NCBI GenBank assembly: GCA_963804955.1
Contig: CAWDSQ010000014.1
Coordinates: forward strand, 1 to 64,000
Length of the DNA: 64,000 nt
Direction: 5' to 3'
DNA from: an uncultured delta proteobacterium
GTDB taxonomy: Bacteria; Desulfobacterota; WTBG01; CAIYCZ01; CAIRTM01
Shown here: positions 33,879-44,894 of the stretch, piece after piece
Layout of the letters: every line of letters starts with the position of its first letter
Position numbering within the stretch: position 1 is the first letter of the stretch
Translations under genes and position numbers: made by a program
The notes under the pieces: model-generated
What the model was told of the DNA's origin: nothing
Databases searched by the model: none
What the model saw: the letters and a program-made list of their open reading frames with translations, nothing else

Positions 33879-34153
33879 AGCGCACCTGTTGTAAAGTTAT
33901 TGAACTGAGGCTGTCGGGCTTCTTATAACCAGGGAGCTGCCCCTGATTATTTTCATCCTTATTTTTAACGCAAACACTAATTATATTTTAGATACATACT
34001 ACATAATACAAGGTCAAACAAGCACAATAAACAACTGCCCGGGGCTGATTAAAATCAATGAACACACCTGCGTTTTTACAACTATTCTGTTGACCTCGTC
34101 AGGGGTCTGTATTAATAAAATAACTTCTGTTTTTTACTATAAAGGTTAGCGGC

Positions 34154-35111
34154 ATGGGCTCTTCCAGTCAATCCTGCAGGCAAAAACCAGCGTCATTCTT
34201 CAGAAACATACTCTGCTGCGGCCTTGCTGCTTTGCTCTTCTTCCCGGCATGCTCAATTAATACACATAGCCGTCAACTCGTTTGCCGATGCCCTCGGGTC
34301 AGGGGCAGGCACAACCTTCACCTCTGAAAGCGATCTTGAGCTTGTTGAAGGCTCACTGCCCTTCAGCCTCAAAACCATGGAGGCCCTGCTTGAAAAAACG
34401 CCGAAGCATAAGGGCCTCTGCCTGTCGCTTGCTCAAGGGTATATGCTCTACGGCTATGCATTTTGTGAGCTGAAAGCCGATGAGGTAAAAGACCGGGATT
34501 TTGCCCACTACCAGCTCCAGCGCGACAGGGCCAAGCTGTTCTACCAGCGCGCCAACGGCTATGCCCGGCGGGGGCTTGAGCTCAGCTCTCCCGGTTATGC
34601 CAAAGCCTGCGCGGCAAACTGCGTCGAGGCTGTTAGGCTGGTTGACGATAAGGCAAGCGTACCGTATCTGTACTGGTCAGGCGCAGCCCTTGCCAAATGG
34701 ATAACCCTTGCCAAGACCGATCCTGCGGCAGCTGTTCGCCTGCCCGAAGCCGCAGCCACTATGCAGCGCGCCCTCGAGCTTGACCCTGACTATGACAACG
34801 GTTCCATTCATGAATTCTTTATCTCCTATGAAGCCCGGGGGGCCAGCATGGGCGGCGACGCGAATAAAGCAGTCGAGTATTTCAAAAAGGCCGAAGCCCT
34901 TGCTGCAGGTAAAAAGCTCTCGCCCTGGCTCACCTATGTGGAAGCGGTCAGCATCCCCGGCCAGAACAAAAAAGAGTTTGACGAATACATTCAGAAAATA
35001 CTGGCATTTAACCTTGACTTCTGCCCGGAGAACCGGCTGGTGAACGCCATTGCCCGGAAGCGGGCACAGTATCTTCTGCAGAAAAAAGACGACCTTTTTC
35101 TTGGAGAATAG
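34154..35111 (+). CDS. TPAT transporter TatT lipoprotein; frameshift ~34262
   Basis: Lipobox-like FPAC in the frame starting at ATG 34154. ESDLELV..SLPFSLKTMEALL, TPR-like helices and PENRLVN follow. Directly upstream of dctP. Confidence 0.85.
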
Positions 35112-35114
35112 ACC

Positions 35115-36134
35115 ATGAAGCTCACAAAATTTTTCGCGTTCCTGTTTGCAGTACTTTTTGTCCTGCTTGCAGCTCCGGCCTCCCGCGCGGAGCAGCAGCC
35201 CCTGACCATCAAGCTTGCAACCCTGGCCCCGGAAGGCACCATTTTCTATGACTCGCTTCTGAAAATGGCCAATGAATGGACGCGCCTGTCCGGCGGAAAA
35301 GTGAAGATAAAAATTTATGCAGGCGGCATTGCCGGCTCCGAGGATGACATGGTGCGCAAAATCCGCATCGGCCAGCTCCATGCAGCAACCCTGTCTGCCA
35401 TCGGCATGATGCAGATCGACGCCTCCTACACGGCGCTGCAGCTGCCTGGCATGATGTCCACGTACGAGGAGCTCGACTATGTTCGCAGGCAGCTCGCGCC
35501 GCAGATAGAAAAACGCTTTGCCGACAAGGGCTTTGTTGTCGCCAATTACTGCGATCTGGGGCATATGTACTTTTTCACCGCAAAAAAAACCGGCTCCATC
35601 GCAGAGCTGCAGAAGAAAAAGATCTGCACCTTCGCCGGCGATCAGGCCAGCAAAGAAATATGGGCCAAGGCAGGCTTCAACGCGGTTGACGTCCCCATGA
35701 GCGAAATGATGACGGCCCTGCAGACCGGCCTCATCGACGGGTTCATGAATACCCCGGTATTTGCCCTGTCTCTCCAGATTTTTGCCAAGGCCCCGAACAT
35801 GATCAATGTCAGCTACGGCATAGCCATTGGCGCCACCATCGTGCAGAAAAGCGTCTGGAATAAAATCGATCCGGATCTGCAGAAGGCCTTTATAAAAGCT
35901 TCGCAGGACCTCGTGGCCCAGTCGCAGGCCGAGGTGCGCAGCATGGATGAGAAGGCCATTGCCGAGATGAAAAAATACGGCCTGCAGATGACCGAGGTTG
36001 CACCTCAGGACGTAAAGCTGTGGATAGACCCGCTGCAGAAAATTTATCCGGAAATCCGCGAGAAGCTCATTCCAAAAGACATCTTCGACAAGACCATCGA
36101 GCTTCGCAACCAGTACCGGGCGGAGAAAAAATAA
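35115..36134 (+). CDS. dctP: TRAP substrate-binding protein DctP (TatP type)
   Basis: IKLATLAPEGT, KIYAGGIAGSEDDMVRKIRIGQL, ALQTGLIDG. Confidence 0.93.
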   Translation: MKLTKFFAFLFAVLFVLLAAPASRAEQQPLTIKLATLAPEGTIFYDSLLKMANEWTRLSGGKVKIKIYAGGIAGSEDDMVRKIRIGQLHAATLSAIGMMQIDASYTALQLPGMMSTYEELDYVRRQLAPQIEKRFADKGFVVANYCDLGHMYFFTAKKTGSIAELQKKKICTFAGDQASKEIWAKAGFNAVDVPMSEMMTALQTGLIDGFMNTPVFALSLQIFAKAPNMINVSYGIAIGATIVQKSVWNKIDPDLQKAFIKASQDLVAQSQAEVRSMDEKAIAEMKKYGLQMTEVAPQDVKLWIDPLQKIYPEIREKLIPKDIFDKTIELRNQYRAEKK

Positions 36135-36182
36135 TATTTTGGTGGGCGCAGCGCACTTTTCTAATGAGCAATTTATCCTTAC

Positions 36183-38003
36183 ATGCATTCTATGGTACGA
36201 CGCTTCATAAATTTCGGTGAATTCGCCTGGCGCAGGTTTGAAAACGTTTCAACCGTCGCCGTCATGTCCGTCATGGTGGTGCTGCCGGTTCTGGAAGCAA
36301 CGCTTCGCAAATTCTTCAGCCTCACCCTGCCGGGCGCCGCCGAATACGTTCGCCACGGCACGCTCTGGGTTGCCTTCATCGGCGCTGCCCTTGCCGCACG
36401 GGAGGGCGTTCATCTCAAAATGGCCTCCGGCGACTTCATCAAAAAAGAGCCTTTCAAAACAATCCTGTTCGTCTTTCAATCCTCTCTTGCCGTTGCCGTT
36501 TCAGCAGGTTTTGTCATCGCCTGCTTCGAGCTCATTTCAGCGGAGCGGGCAAACCTCATGAACGTAGCGCCGTTTCTGCCAACCTGGATAGCCCAGATAC
36601 CCATGCCCGTGTGCATGGCCATGGTGGCGGTAAGCTTCACGCGCAAGGCTCAGGGTTGGGCCGCGCGCGTCACCATCCTCGCGCTTGCCGGGGCCATGCT
36701 CTGCATCGGCTTTGTGCCCGAGGCAAACCGCGGGGCACTGCTCATGCCCACGATCATCGTATTGCTGGCGGGGCTTCTGGCCGGCGCCCCGCTGTTTACC
36801 GTCTTCGGCGGGCTGGCGCTCTTTCTCTTCTTCATGGACGGCATACCCCTTGCCGCGGTTCCTTCGGAGACCTACCGCGTGGTAGCATCACCCACGCTCC
36901 CGACAATACCGCTCTTCACCCTTGCTGGCTATATTCTTTCGGAAGGCGGAGCGTCAAAAAGGCTCGTGCACCTGTTTCATGCCCTTTTCAGCTGGATGCC
37001 CGGCGGTGTGGCCGTCGCCACGGTGCTTGTCTGCGCGTTCTTCACCACGTTTACCGGAGCCTCGGGAGTAACGATTCTGGCTCTCGGCGGACTTCTGTTT
37101 CCCATGCTTGTAAAGGAAGCCTACCCGGAGCGATTCTCTCTGGGGCTGGTGACAGCATCGGGCTCCATCGGGCTGCTCTTCCCGCCGTCGCTGCCCATCA
37201 TCATCTACGGAGTGGTGGCGGCTATTCCTATCGACAGGATGTTCATCGCCTGCCTTATTCCGGGGCTGATGCTGGTAACGCTGGTGTCGGGCTTTGGGAT
37301 CGGGCTGTCAAAATTCAAGCGTATCGCGTCAACGCCGTTTCACTTCTCGACCCTGAGGCGTTCGATTTCGGTTGCCAAGTGGGACCTTCTGCTGCCGGTC
37401 ATCGTCATCGTGGGGATTTTCGGGGGATTAACGACCATTGTGGAGGCAGCGGCTTTAACCGTGCTCTACGCCATTATTCTTGAATGTTTTATTCACAAGA
37501 CGCTGACATTCACCGTGGGGCTTCCCCGCACCATGGTAAAATGCGGCGAGATCGTGGGCGGCGTGCTGATTATTCTCGGTTTTGCTTTCGGACTGACCAA
37601 CTACCTGATCGATGCCGAAATTCCGGCGCTGCTGAAAACATGGGTGCAGGCAACGATCCATTCAAAATTCCTCTTCCTCATCATTCTCAACCTGCTGCTC
37701 ATCGTGGTTGCCTGCATGATGGACATCTTCAGCGCCATCGTGGTGGTGGTGCGCATCATGCTGCCCATTGCAACGGCCTACGGCATCGATCCGGTGCACC
37801 TGGGTGTCATGTTTCTCGTTAACCTCGAGCTTGGCTATCTCATGCCGCCCATGGGCCTGAACCTGTTCTTCTCGGCCTATCGGTTCGAGCGGCCGCTGAC
37901 CGATGTCTACCGCGCAGTCGTCCCCTTCCTGATACTTGGCGCCATTATCGTGGCACTGGTTACCTATGTACCCTGGCTGTCCCTCTGCCTCATCGGGAAA
38001 TAG
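36183..38003 (+). CDS. Fused TRAP permease DctQM
   Basis: DctQ-like N-terminus; IPLFTLAG, TGASG, GLLFPPSLP, DPVHLG, PPMGLNLF. Confidence 0.93.
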   Translation: MHSMVRRFINFGEFAWRRFENVSTVAVMSVMVVLPVLEATLRKFFSLTLPGAAEYVRHGTLWVAFIGAALAAREGVHLKMASGDFIKKEPFKTILFVFQSSLAVAVSAGFVIACFELISAERANLMNVAPFLPTWIAQIPMPVCMAMVAVSFTRKAQGWAARVTILALAGAMLCIGFVPEANRGALLMPTIIVLLAGLLAGAPLFTVFGGLALFLFFMDGIPLAAVPSETYRVVASPTLPTIPLFTLAGYILSEGGASKRLVHLFHALFSWMPGGVAVATVLVCAFFTTFTGASGVTILALGGLLFPMLVKEAYPERFSLGLVTASGSIGLLFPPSLPIIIYGVVAAIPIDRMFIACLIPGLMLVTLVSGFGIGLSKFKRIASTPFHFSTLRRSISVAKWDLLLPVIVIVGIFGGLTTIVEAAALTVLYAIILECFIHKTLTFTVGLPRTMVKCGEIVGGVLIILGFAFGLTNYLIDAEIPALLKTWVQATIHSKFLFLIILNLLLIVVACMMDIFSAIVVVVRIMLPIATAYGIDPVHLGVMFLVNLELGYLMPPMGLNLFFSAYRFERPLTDVYRAVVPFLILGAIIVALVTYVPWLSLCLIGK

Positions 38004-38078
38004 TTTTCTGTGGGGGAAATATGATTTTACCAGAGTGCTTTTCTTTATTTTGTAGCCCCATTCTACATGCATGGCAAG

Positions 38079-38176
38079 TCCGTTCGTGGTGAGCCTGAGC
38101 TTGACGAAGGGTCGAACCATGAACGGAAAGTCTACCTTCGACCATTCGGCCCTTCGACAGGCTCAGGGCGAACGGA
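38079..38176. repeat. Inverted palindromic repeat pair (CCCTTCGACAGGCTCAGG family)
   Basis: TCCGTTCGTGGTGAGCCTG...TCGAACC vs CCCTTCGACAGGCTCAGGGCGAACGGA, between convergent genes. Confidence 0.7.
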
Positions 38177-38234
38177 TGGAGCTTTCATTTTGCTCGGTGG
38201 TTTTTATAAAGGCTACAATATTTAGAAAAATGCT

Positions 38235-39560
38235 CTAATAGATGGCTTGTAAGGCAGCACCCCGAAAGTAGTGGGCAAGGATGGCATCGTAGCGGTAGCC
38301 CTGTGCCGCCATGGCTGCGGCACCTATCTGGCAGAGTCCTACGCCGTGGCCCCAGCCTGCGCCGCGAAGGGTAAAGCCTGCCGGCATTCCGTCTTTCTCT
38401 CCGGTGGTTTCAACAATGAATGCCGAACTGTACAGATGCGACGGTGACAGAGCCCTCCGGATGGCAAGCTCTTTTGCGATAATCTTTTCAGCCCTGGTGC
38501 CGGTAATTTTAAGTTTATAAATACGGCCCGAGTCGCCGCGGGCAAGGGGTATAAGCCCTTGAATTGCGCCGAAGTCGATGCCTGTCTTCTGCTTCAAAAG
38601 GTCCTGCATCTCGTTTTGCGAAAGCGTGACACTCCAGCGGAAAAAATGCTGCGTCTCACAATCAAAGTCCGGAAGCACGCGGGCAAGAAGTGTGCGGTCC
38701 GTCACATTGCAAAAGGCCGGCGGGCTTGCAAGGATAAACTTTCGCGCATCGTCCTCGCTGCTCACGGGAGGATTGAAGACTGCCCTGCCTTGAGCGCAGT
38801 CGGCAACAGGGGAGAGATATTGGAAATCCACATCCTGCCAGCAGGCGGAAAAGCGCTCGCTGATGCCGCCGCAGCATTTGGAAAACCGCGTGTCGCAGAT
38901 TTTTCCACCAAAAACAAGTACCTGTCCCCGCGTTTCGGCAAGGGCCTGCTGCGCAGCCGCATTCACCCGGCTCATGCCGTGATAGCGCTGGCAGTGGTCA
39001 TCGTTGCAGACATCAAAATTTTTATGGGCGGCCGCATCGGTAAAGGCCTCATCAGCAGGGGCTGCGGGCATGCGGGCTGAGCGTTTCAGCTCAAGCTGCG
39101 CCAGCAGCCAGCTGCGGGAGATGACGCAGTGGGCCTTTAAAAATTCAGCGTCGCTTTCCGGGCTCATCTCAGAACAGATCACCGCTTCAAGGTATGCTTC
39201 AAGCCCGATGCGGTTTACCACCGTGATGCCGCTCGTGCCGAAGGTGTCAAAGGCAATCTCGCCGCGAAAGCGCTGGCTTTGCAGCCGCTCCCAGTGAAAG
39301 TCCCTGCCGATGGCTACATTATGGAGGGTGAAGAAATTTTCAGAAGCCGCTGCCGGGACATACTGCAGCCGCGCCGACCGCTCAAGCTCACTGCCTCGGG
39401 CGTCGGACAAAACAATGCAACCGCGGTCAAAAAAAGAACGGTAGCAGCCCGCGCGGACTACCCTGCCGCCGAGGCTATAATCGCCCTGGAGCTCGAAATC
39501 AATCTGCCCTGCCACTTCAATAAGGCCAACGGCAATAACCGGTTCGCAATCAAACATCAC
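38235..39560 (-). CDS. SpoIID/LytB domain protein
   Basis: LEAYLEAVICSEM, DVCNDDHCQRY, FSKCCGG, GWGHGVGLCQIGA. Confidence 0.92.
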   Translation of the reverse strand: MMFDCEPVIAVGLIEVAGQIDFELQGDYSLGGRVVRAGCYRSFFDRGCIVLSDARGSELERSARLQYVPAAASENFFTLHNVAIGRDFHWERLQSQRFRGEIAFDTFGTSGITVVNRIGLEAYLEAVICSEMSPESDAEFLKAHCVISRSWLLAQLELKRSARMPAAPADEAFTDAAAHKNFDVCNDDHCQRYHGMSRVNAAAQQALAETRGQVLVFGGKICDTRFSKCCGGISERFSACWQDVDFQYLSPVADCAQGRAVFNPPVSSEDDARKFILASPPAFCNVTDRTLLARVLPDFDCETQHFFRWSVTLSQNEMQDLLKQKTGIDFGAIQGLIPLARGDSGRIYKLKITGTRAEKIIAKELAIRRALSPSHLYSSAFIVETTGEKDGMPAGFTLRGAGWGHGVGLCQIGAAAMAAQGYRYDAILAHYFRGAALQAIY

Positions 39561-39590
39561 GGCAACCCCTGTTCATTGAACTCCACATAG

Positions 39591-39622
39591 ACCAAATCGG
39601 GGACAGCTGTCCCCGATTTGGT
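39591..39622. repeat. Perfect 32-bp palindrome
   Basis: ACCAAATCGGGGACAG|CTGTCCCCGATTTGGT. Confidence 0.9.
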
Positions 39623-39696
39623 TGAATATATACGACAACCAGGTCTGGTTGAATGTTTCCAGCCGGCCTGCACAATCTTTTCTGTTATGAATCCTG

Positions 39697-39924
39697 TCAG
39701 GTAGTATCGAAAGATTCCCCCGTATCGGAGGTAAGCCTCCTGAGTTTCATTGCGTCTCCAATGATCTCAACATGCCCGCAGTTCTTGCACATAAAGGCTT
39801 TTGTCTGAATATCCCCGGTTTCAAGCGTGAGGAACTTGGATCCCTGCGGCCGAAAGGAGGTCCGAATCGGGCTGTAAACAGCGCCGTTTACAACAGCTTC
39901 GCTTCCACACCGAATACATTTCAT
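39697..39924 (-). CDS. Small zinc-ribbon protein
   Basis: MKCIRCG...CKNCGHVE; GGAGG RBS. Confidence 0.75.
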   Translation of the reverse strand: MKCIRCGSEAVVNGAVYSPIRTSFRPQGSKFLTLETGDIQTKAFMCKNCGHVEIIGDAMKLRRLTSDTGESFDTT

Positions 39925-40132
39925 CGAAACCTCCTTTGGATTGGGTAATGCGTATGTGATCCTGATACGAAGGCGCCTTACGCTGCGGAGAGTATAGAAA
40001 AAAATGCAAACCTATGTCAATAAATGATTCCCTGACTCTCTGGCTGCACGCACACTCGCCGGCATAAGGCATGGATAAACAAAACCTCTTTTTCAGTCTG
40101 CAAAAAATATCCGGTTCAGCACACCTCGGCTT

Positions 40133-40552
40133 TTATTCTCCTATGATCTTCACAAGAACACGCTTTTTTCTCCGCCCGTCAAACTCACCGTAGAAAATCT
40201 GTTCCCACGGGCCCAAATCAAGCTTCCCACCAGTAATTGCAACTACTACTTCACGACCCATAATTTGCCGTTTCAGATGCGCATCACCGTTGTCCTCACC
40301 GGTGCGGTTGTGCTGGTACTGCGACACAGGCGCATGGGGCGCAAGGTGCTCAAGCCATTTCTCATAATCCTGATGCAGCCCCGCCTCGTCATCGTTAATA
40401 AACACAGAAGCTGTGATGTGCATCGCGTTGACAAGAGCCAGCCCTTCCCGTATGCCGCTTTCCCGCAGGCATGCTTCCACCTCGCAGGTTATGTTGATAA
40501 AAGCGCGGCGCGTTCCCGTGCTGAACCAGAGCTCTTTACGATAGCTTTTCAT
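40133..40552 (-). CDS. YjbQ/UPF0047 family protein
   Basis: [38 protein letters not shown]. Confidence 0.93.
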   Translation of the reverse strand: MKSYRKELWFSTGTRRAFINITCEVEACLRESGIREGLALVNAMHITASVFINDDEAGLHQDYEKWLEHLAPHAPVSQYQHNRTGEDNGDAHLKRQIMGREVVVAITGGKLDLGPWEQIFYGEFDGRRKKRVLVKIIGE

Positions 40553-40674
40553 GGCCGCCCCCGGCTTATATGTCGTCAAAACACCCATCTCAAAAGAAAG
40601 CACAGAACACGCGCCCTGCACCCCGGCATGCACCCAGCTGCACTTTATTCGATCAAGTACGCATCAAGAAATGT

Positions 40675-42006
40675 TCAGGAACTGCCGATCTGAAGAGCAT
40701 CCTGCACTGATACATCGCTGAAACGTTTGAGCGTTGCGGCAAGGGCGGGGCGCTCGTTCTCTATCTGAACCAAATGATTGGAAATTGCCGTGCGCATGGT
40801 CATGGGCTCTGAAAACTCATTAACAAAGCCCTGTATATCATCGCCGGCGGTAAGGCCGAACAGATAATCGATATCAGCGTCATCAAGCACATGCAGGCCA
40901 AAACCCTGCGTGGAAAGCTTGATTTCCTCGGGGTCATTGTACTCAAACGAATTCTTCCACGACCGGGCATACTCATCAAGGCCCGTGCCTGTTTCGAGCT
41001 GTTGTGCAATGGCATGGGCTGCCTGGTAGCCGTACATGATGGCGCCCTGCACATAGGTCTCGATAAATGCCGCGGCATCTCCAACCACAACCACATTCCC
41101 TTCCACAGGATCTATAAGGGGGGTTGCGAAATTAAGCGCTGCAGCCCGTGTGTCAATAATCCTTGCATGCTTAAACCACGAAGCAAAATTTCCCCGCTTG
41201 ATAAAATGGTCTATCTCCTGCTTTGGCGAGAGCGCCGGCGGCCCGAGCGCGGGAACGCCCACGGTCAGTTCATACACCATATCTGTTGCCCCGCCATGCG
41301 GCTTGGGACACATATATATCTGCCCTCTGCCGCCGAGGGTATGCCCCTTGCCCATGAAGGTAATCCATGAATCGGGGTACGGGCAGTCCACGCCTGCCAA
41401 GTGGCAGGAGGCCACCATGAAACGCCCAAAAGCTGTACGCCGTGTTTTATTCAGCCCCAGGCTTTCTACTATACTCGAGTTGACACCATCGGCTGCTACG
41501 GCAATGCGGCTGACGGCAGCACATTCACGGCCTCCGGATCGCAGCGTCACCGCAACACCTCCCGCCGTATTTTCAGCCCTGAGAGCCTGCGTTTCAGGCA
41601 TGATTTCGATAGCGCTGCATGCCGCAACGCGCGCAAGCATGCCCTGCAGCAGGGCCTCTTTCTCAAACGAGACAGCAACATTGCCTTCAGGGCTTTTGCC
41701 GCCGATAATCAGCGTTTTGCCTCCTGCCGAAACCTTGACACTGCGCTTGAGCTCAATGATAGAACCGCTGTAGGGGAGGGAAAATTTATTCTCGGCAAAA
41801 TGAAACGCGCCTTCGGCATAGGTGACCAATTCCCGGTGCGTCCCCGGCTCGATGATTAAATTGGCGCAGCAGGCACGGTAGACCCGCGCAATGTCCTTCT
41901 TCATATCGACAAGCAGAACGCGTGCGCCTTTTTCGCCCAGGATCTGCGCCGTCATAAGGCCCGCAGGCCCGGCGCCCGCAATGATCACATCGTATTTTTT
42001 TTGCAT
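40675..42006 (-). CDS. FAD-dependent oxidoreductase (FixC/geranylgeranyl-reductase-like fold)
   Basis: GAGPAG, AADGVNS, VGDAA. Confidence 0.85.
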   Translation of the reverse strand: MQKKYDVIIAGAGPAGLMTAQILGEKGARVLLVDMKKDIARVYRACCANLIIEPGTHRELVTYAEGAFHFAENKFSLPYSGSIIELKRSVKVSAGGKTLIIGGKSPEGNVAVSFEKEALLQGMLARVAACSAIEIMPETQALRAENTAGGVAVTLRSGGRECAAVSRIAVAADGVNSSIVESLGLNKTRRTAFGRFMVASCHLAGVDCPYPDSWITFMGKGHTLGGRGQIYMCPKPHGGATDMVYELTVGVPALGPPALSPKQEIDHFIKRGNFASWFKHARIIDTRAAALNFATPLIDPVEGNVVVVGDAAAFIETYVQGAIMYGYQAAHAIAQQLETGTGLDEYARSWKNSFEYNDPEEIKLSTQGFGLHVLDDADIDYLFGLTAGDDIQGFVNEFSEPMTMRTAISNHLVQIENERPALAATLKRFSDVSVQDALQIGSS

Positions 42007-42098
42007 TAATTGCTATCCCTGTATTTTGGATTTTTTCAACCTGGAGATGGGATGCCTCTCCGGCAGCTGTATGCCAATCCAAAATCAAAAATCCAAAA

Positions 42099-42263
42099 TC
42101 AATTTCCCGGAGCTTCAACACCGCACACCTGCGCGCATGTGCCGCAATCCGTGCAGGCTGCTTCATCAATAATCGCCCTGTCATCGATGAAGCTGATCGC
42201 ATCAACCGGACACAGGTTGACGCAGCCGCCGCAGCCCACGCATTTTTTCGCATCTATTTTCAA
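42099..42263 (-). CDS. 2x[4Fe-4S] ferredoxin
   Basis: CVGCGGCVNLCP and CTDCGTCAQVC; TTG start assumed. Confidence 0.9.
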   Translation of the reverse strand: MKIDAKKCVGCGGCVNLCPVDAISFIDDRAIIDEAACTDCGTCAQVCGVEAPGN

Positions 42264-42270
42264 ACGCAAC

Positions 42271-42696
42271 TCACTCTTTTGGTTGTCCGGGCTCAAGCAC
42301 GTGCATCCGCCCTGCATAATTGCAGCCGGCCGTTGCCGCCAGGGCTGTACTGCCTGCCACAAGCACTGCCGCGTTCATGCCGTTTGAAATCTGAACCGCA
42401 AGCAGCGATATCGTGCCGCCGATGCAGACGCTGCTCAGCAGCGATCCCAGCAGGCAGACAAAACCGCAGCTTGTATGGAACAAGCGGGTATAGACAAATA
42501 CAAAAAACGCTGCTGTGCAGGGAGCAAACACGTACAGCAGGCTCAGCGAGGGGGTCAGGCAGCCGTCGCACTGAAGGATAATGCCAAAAGCATCGTAAAA
42601 AAAGCGGTCGATATGCGGCCACAGAAAAGCATAAAAAAATCCGCCGGCAACCGATCCGGCCGCGGCGGCAAAAAACTGCACAACTATTTTTTTCAT
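42271..42696 (-). CDS. Hypothetical multi-pass membrane protein
   Basis: About four hydrophobic segments; AGGAG RBS; lies between marR and the ferredoxin. Confidence 0.6.
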   Translation of the reverse strand: MKKIVVQFFAAAAGSVAGGFFYAFLWPHIDRFFYDAFGIILQCDGCLTPSLSLLYVFAPCTAAFFVFVYTRLFHTSCGFVCLLGSLLSSVCIGGTISLLAVQISNGMNAAVLVAGSTALAATAGCNYAGRMHVLEPGQPKE

Positions 42697-42814
42697 GCTA
42701 AAACTCCTCAGCGGTTCCGGACCCGAGAGGCTGTACGGCTCCAGCCATGCAGAAGAATCGCCGTGCGCACGTTAAAAAAAAGACTCTATTTTCAAAAACA
42801 GCCAGACTGACTGC

Positions 42815-43279
42815 TCACTTGTTCTTTTTATCCAGACGGTCAGAAAAAGACTTACCGAAAATAACACAGACATTTTCAAGCGATTTGAGCAGCGTGTCGC
42901 GCTCCTTGTCAGTAATATGAGCAAAAATATCCTCGGCGACCTTGTGGCGCTGCAGAAGGAAACCGTTGCGGATCTCCTTGCCCCTGGGTGTAAGCGTAAC
43001 AAAAACCTTACGCCGGTCTTCCTGTCCACGCTCACGCTCCACGATGCCTTCGTGCTCGAGTCCGTCGACAATCATGGTCATATTAGGGAATTTCACGCCG
43101 AGATTTATGGCGAATTCTTTCATGGTGATGCAGTCCTGATCGCGGAAAGCATACAGTGCCTTGAGCTGCGAAAGCTTCAAATCAGACTGCAGCGGTATAT
43201 TGCCCTCCATGATCGACTGAGTATACACGCGGCTGAAGTCACGCAAAAACGACAGGTACTTAAAAAGTTTATCTTCCAT
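42815..43279 (-). CDS. MarR family regulator
   Basis: ITMKEFA...IVDGLEHEGIVERER..EDRRKVFVTLTPRG; GGAG RBS. Confidence 0.92.
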   Translation of the reverse strand: MEDKLFKYLSFLRDFSRVYTQSIMEGNIPLQSDLKLSQLKALYAFRDQDCITMKEFAINLGVKFPNMTMIVDGLEHEGIVERERGQEDRRKVFVTLTPRGKEIRNGFLLQRHKVAEDIFAHITDKERDTLLKSLENVCVIFGKSFSDRLDKKNK

Positions 43280-43761
43280 ACTGCTCTCCTTAATAATGCC
43301 ACATAGAACGATTTTACACATGAGTTGGCTTGCGCCACATCTATTTAGTTAAACCGCTGCACGCCGCAGGCTTCATGGTCTGCAGCGCCAGTTCAGGTCT
43401 AAAAAGTCTCATCTTCTGTGCATGCTGCTGCCGCTCGAAGCATGCTGTAACACAACGCACATAAGCTATTGATTAACACACTAATTATTATACAGTAAAA
43501 GGCTTATTAAATCAATATATCACCATATGTGTTTAAAATTTTATCAAGCATAATTGTTATATTTTAGCATCTTCTTACTTTTTCCGTGTTTTTAGGCAGG
43601 CAGAATACGAAAAAATTTTCATTACCAGGCAGGAAATAATTCGCAAAAAACACCCTTACTGTTCTGAACGAGCCGGGTGATTTCAAGCAGCACTGCAGCA
43701 GCATGGCTCTTCACTGCGCTCGAAACAGCACTGCCAGCACGTGCTACTGTTAAAAAAACAG

Positions 43762-44839
43762 TCAGCTGTTTTTTTTCAGGATTGCAGGAAATTTTGATCG
43801 CAGGATGAGCACAATAAGAATCATTGAAAAAGCGACGGTGAGAATTCCTCCGCCTTCATGATGCTCGGCACTTATCCAGCCGGTTATGCTCAGGGAGGCC
43901 CTGCTGTAAAGGGCGTTGACGGCCATACCCAACAGTATCGCGACTGAAGCGATTACTGCCACATACACCGCGGCAATACGCTTGCCTAAAATTTTTGCCA
44001 CGAGTATGATAGTTGCGGCATTCGTTGCCGGTCCTGCAAGCAGAAAAACAAGGGCTGCTCCCGGCGAAAGGCCTTTGAGCGCCAGGGCGGCAACGATGGG
44101 CGTTGATGCCGTGGCACAGACATACAGCGGTATGCCCACCAGCAGCATAACCAGCATGGGGCGCATGCCGCCCCCCAGGTTCTGCTCGATAAAGCCCGGC
44201 GGCACCAGCGCCGAAATCATGCCCGCAATAAGGATACCGAAAAGCAGCGAGGGCCCCATGTCTGCCAGCAGGCCTCCGAAAGCGAAAGCAAGCCCTGAGC
44301 GCATGCGCTGCAGCAGTGACTGTTTATGAGGTGCATGCGTGGTTATGATCGCCCTCATGAGCGCCTTCCGCTTCCCCGGAGCAGCAGGAGCAGGCGGGCT
44401 CGGGAACTTCCCCATTTTGTTTATGCTCAGGAACAAAGTTTACAATAATACCCGTGACAGTTGCCGTGATGAATGCCGCAAGCGGCCGCACAACGGTCAT
44501 GATGGGATCAAGCAGAGCCCAGGTAACGGCAATGGAGTCAACGCCCGACTCTGGCGTTGAAATGAGAAAGGCCGTGGTCGGGCCCTTGCCCGCACCCTGT
44601 TTTCGCAGACCCATGGCAACGGGTATGACGCCGCAGGAGCAGATTGGCATAGGCACGCCGATAAGCGATGCCTTTATGACCGAAGTGATATTGTTCTTTC
44701 CGAGGTGCTTGAGCACAAAATCATCAGGCATGAACGCCCGCAGCAGCCCCGCCATAAAAATGCCGAACAGGCAGTAGCCGGCAGATTCATTAAGCACAAG
44801 CCAGCTTTCCTTTAGTATATTGATCAGCAGCTCAATCAT
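43762..44839 (-). CDS. SO_0444/ArsP-like metal permease; frameshift ~44330
   Basis: PICSCGVIP, FLISTPESGVDS, Cys/His-rich linker, PLYVCATASTP, LAGPATN. Confidence 0.88.
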
Positions 44840-44894
44840 ATAATTTTATCTCCGGCCTCGACTTCTGCATTCCTGCTCCCGGCTTCTGTCTCAC

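Noticed and set aside
34677..36188. 503-aa antisense ORF over tatT/dctP, and many other shadow ORFs
   Set aside because: No recognisable motifs; expected antisense open frames in GC-rich coding DNA.
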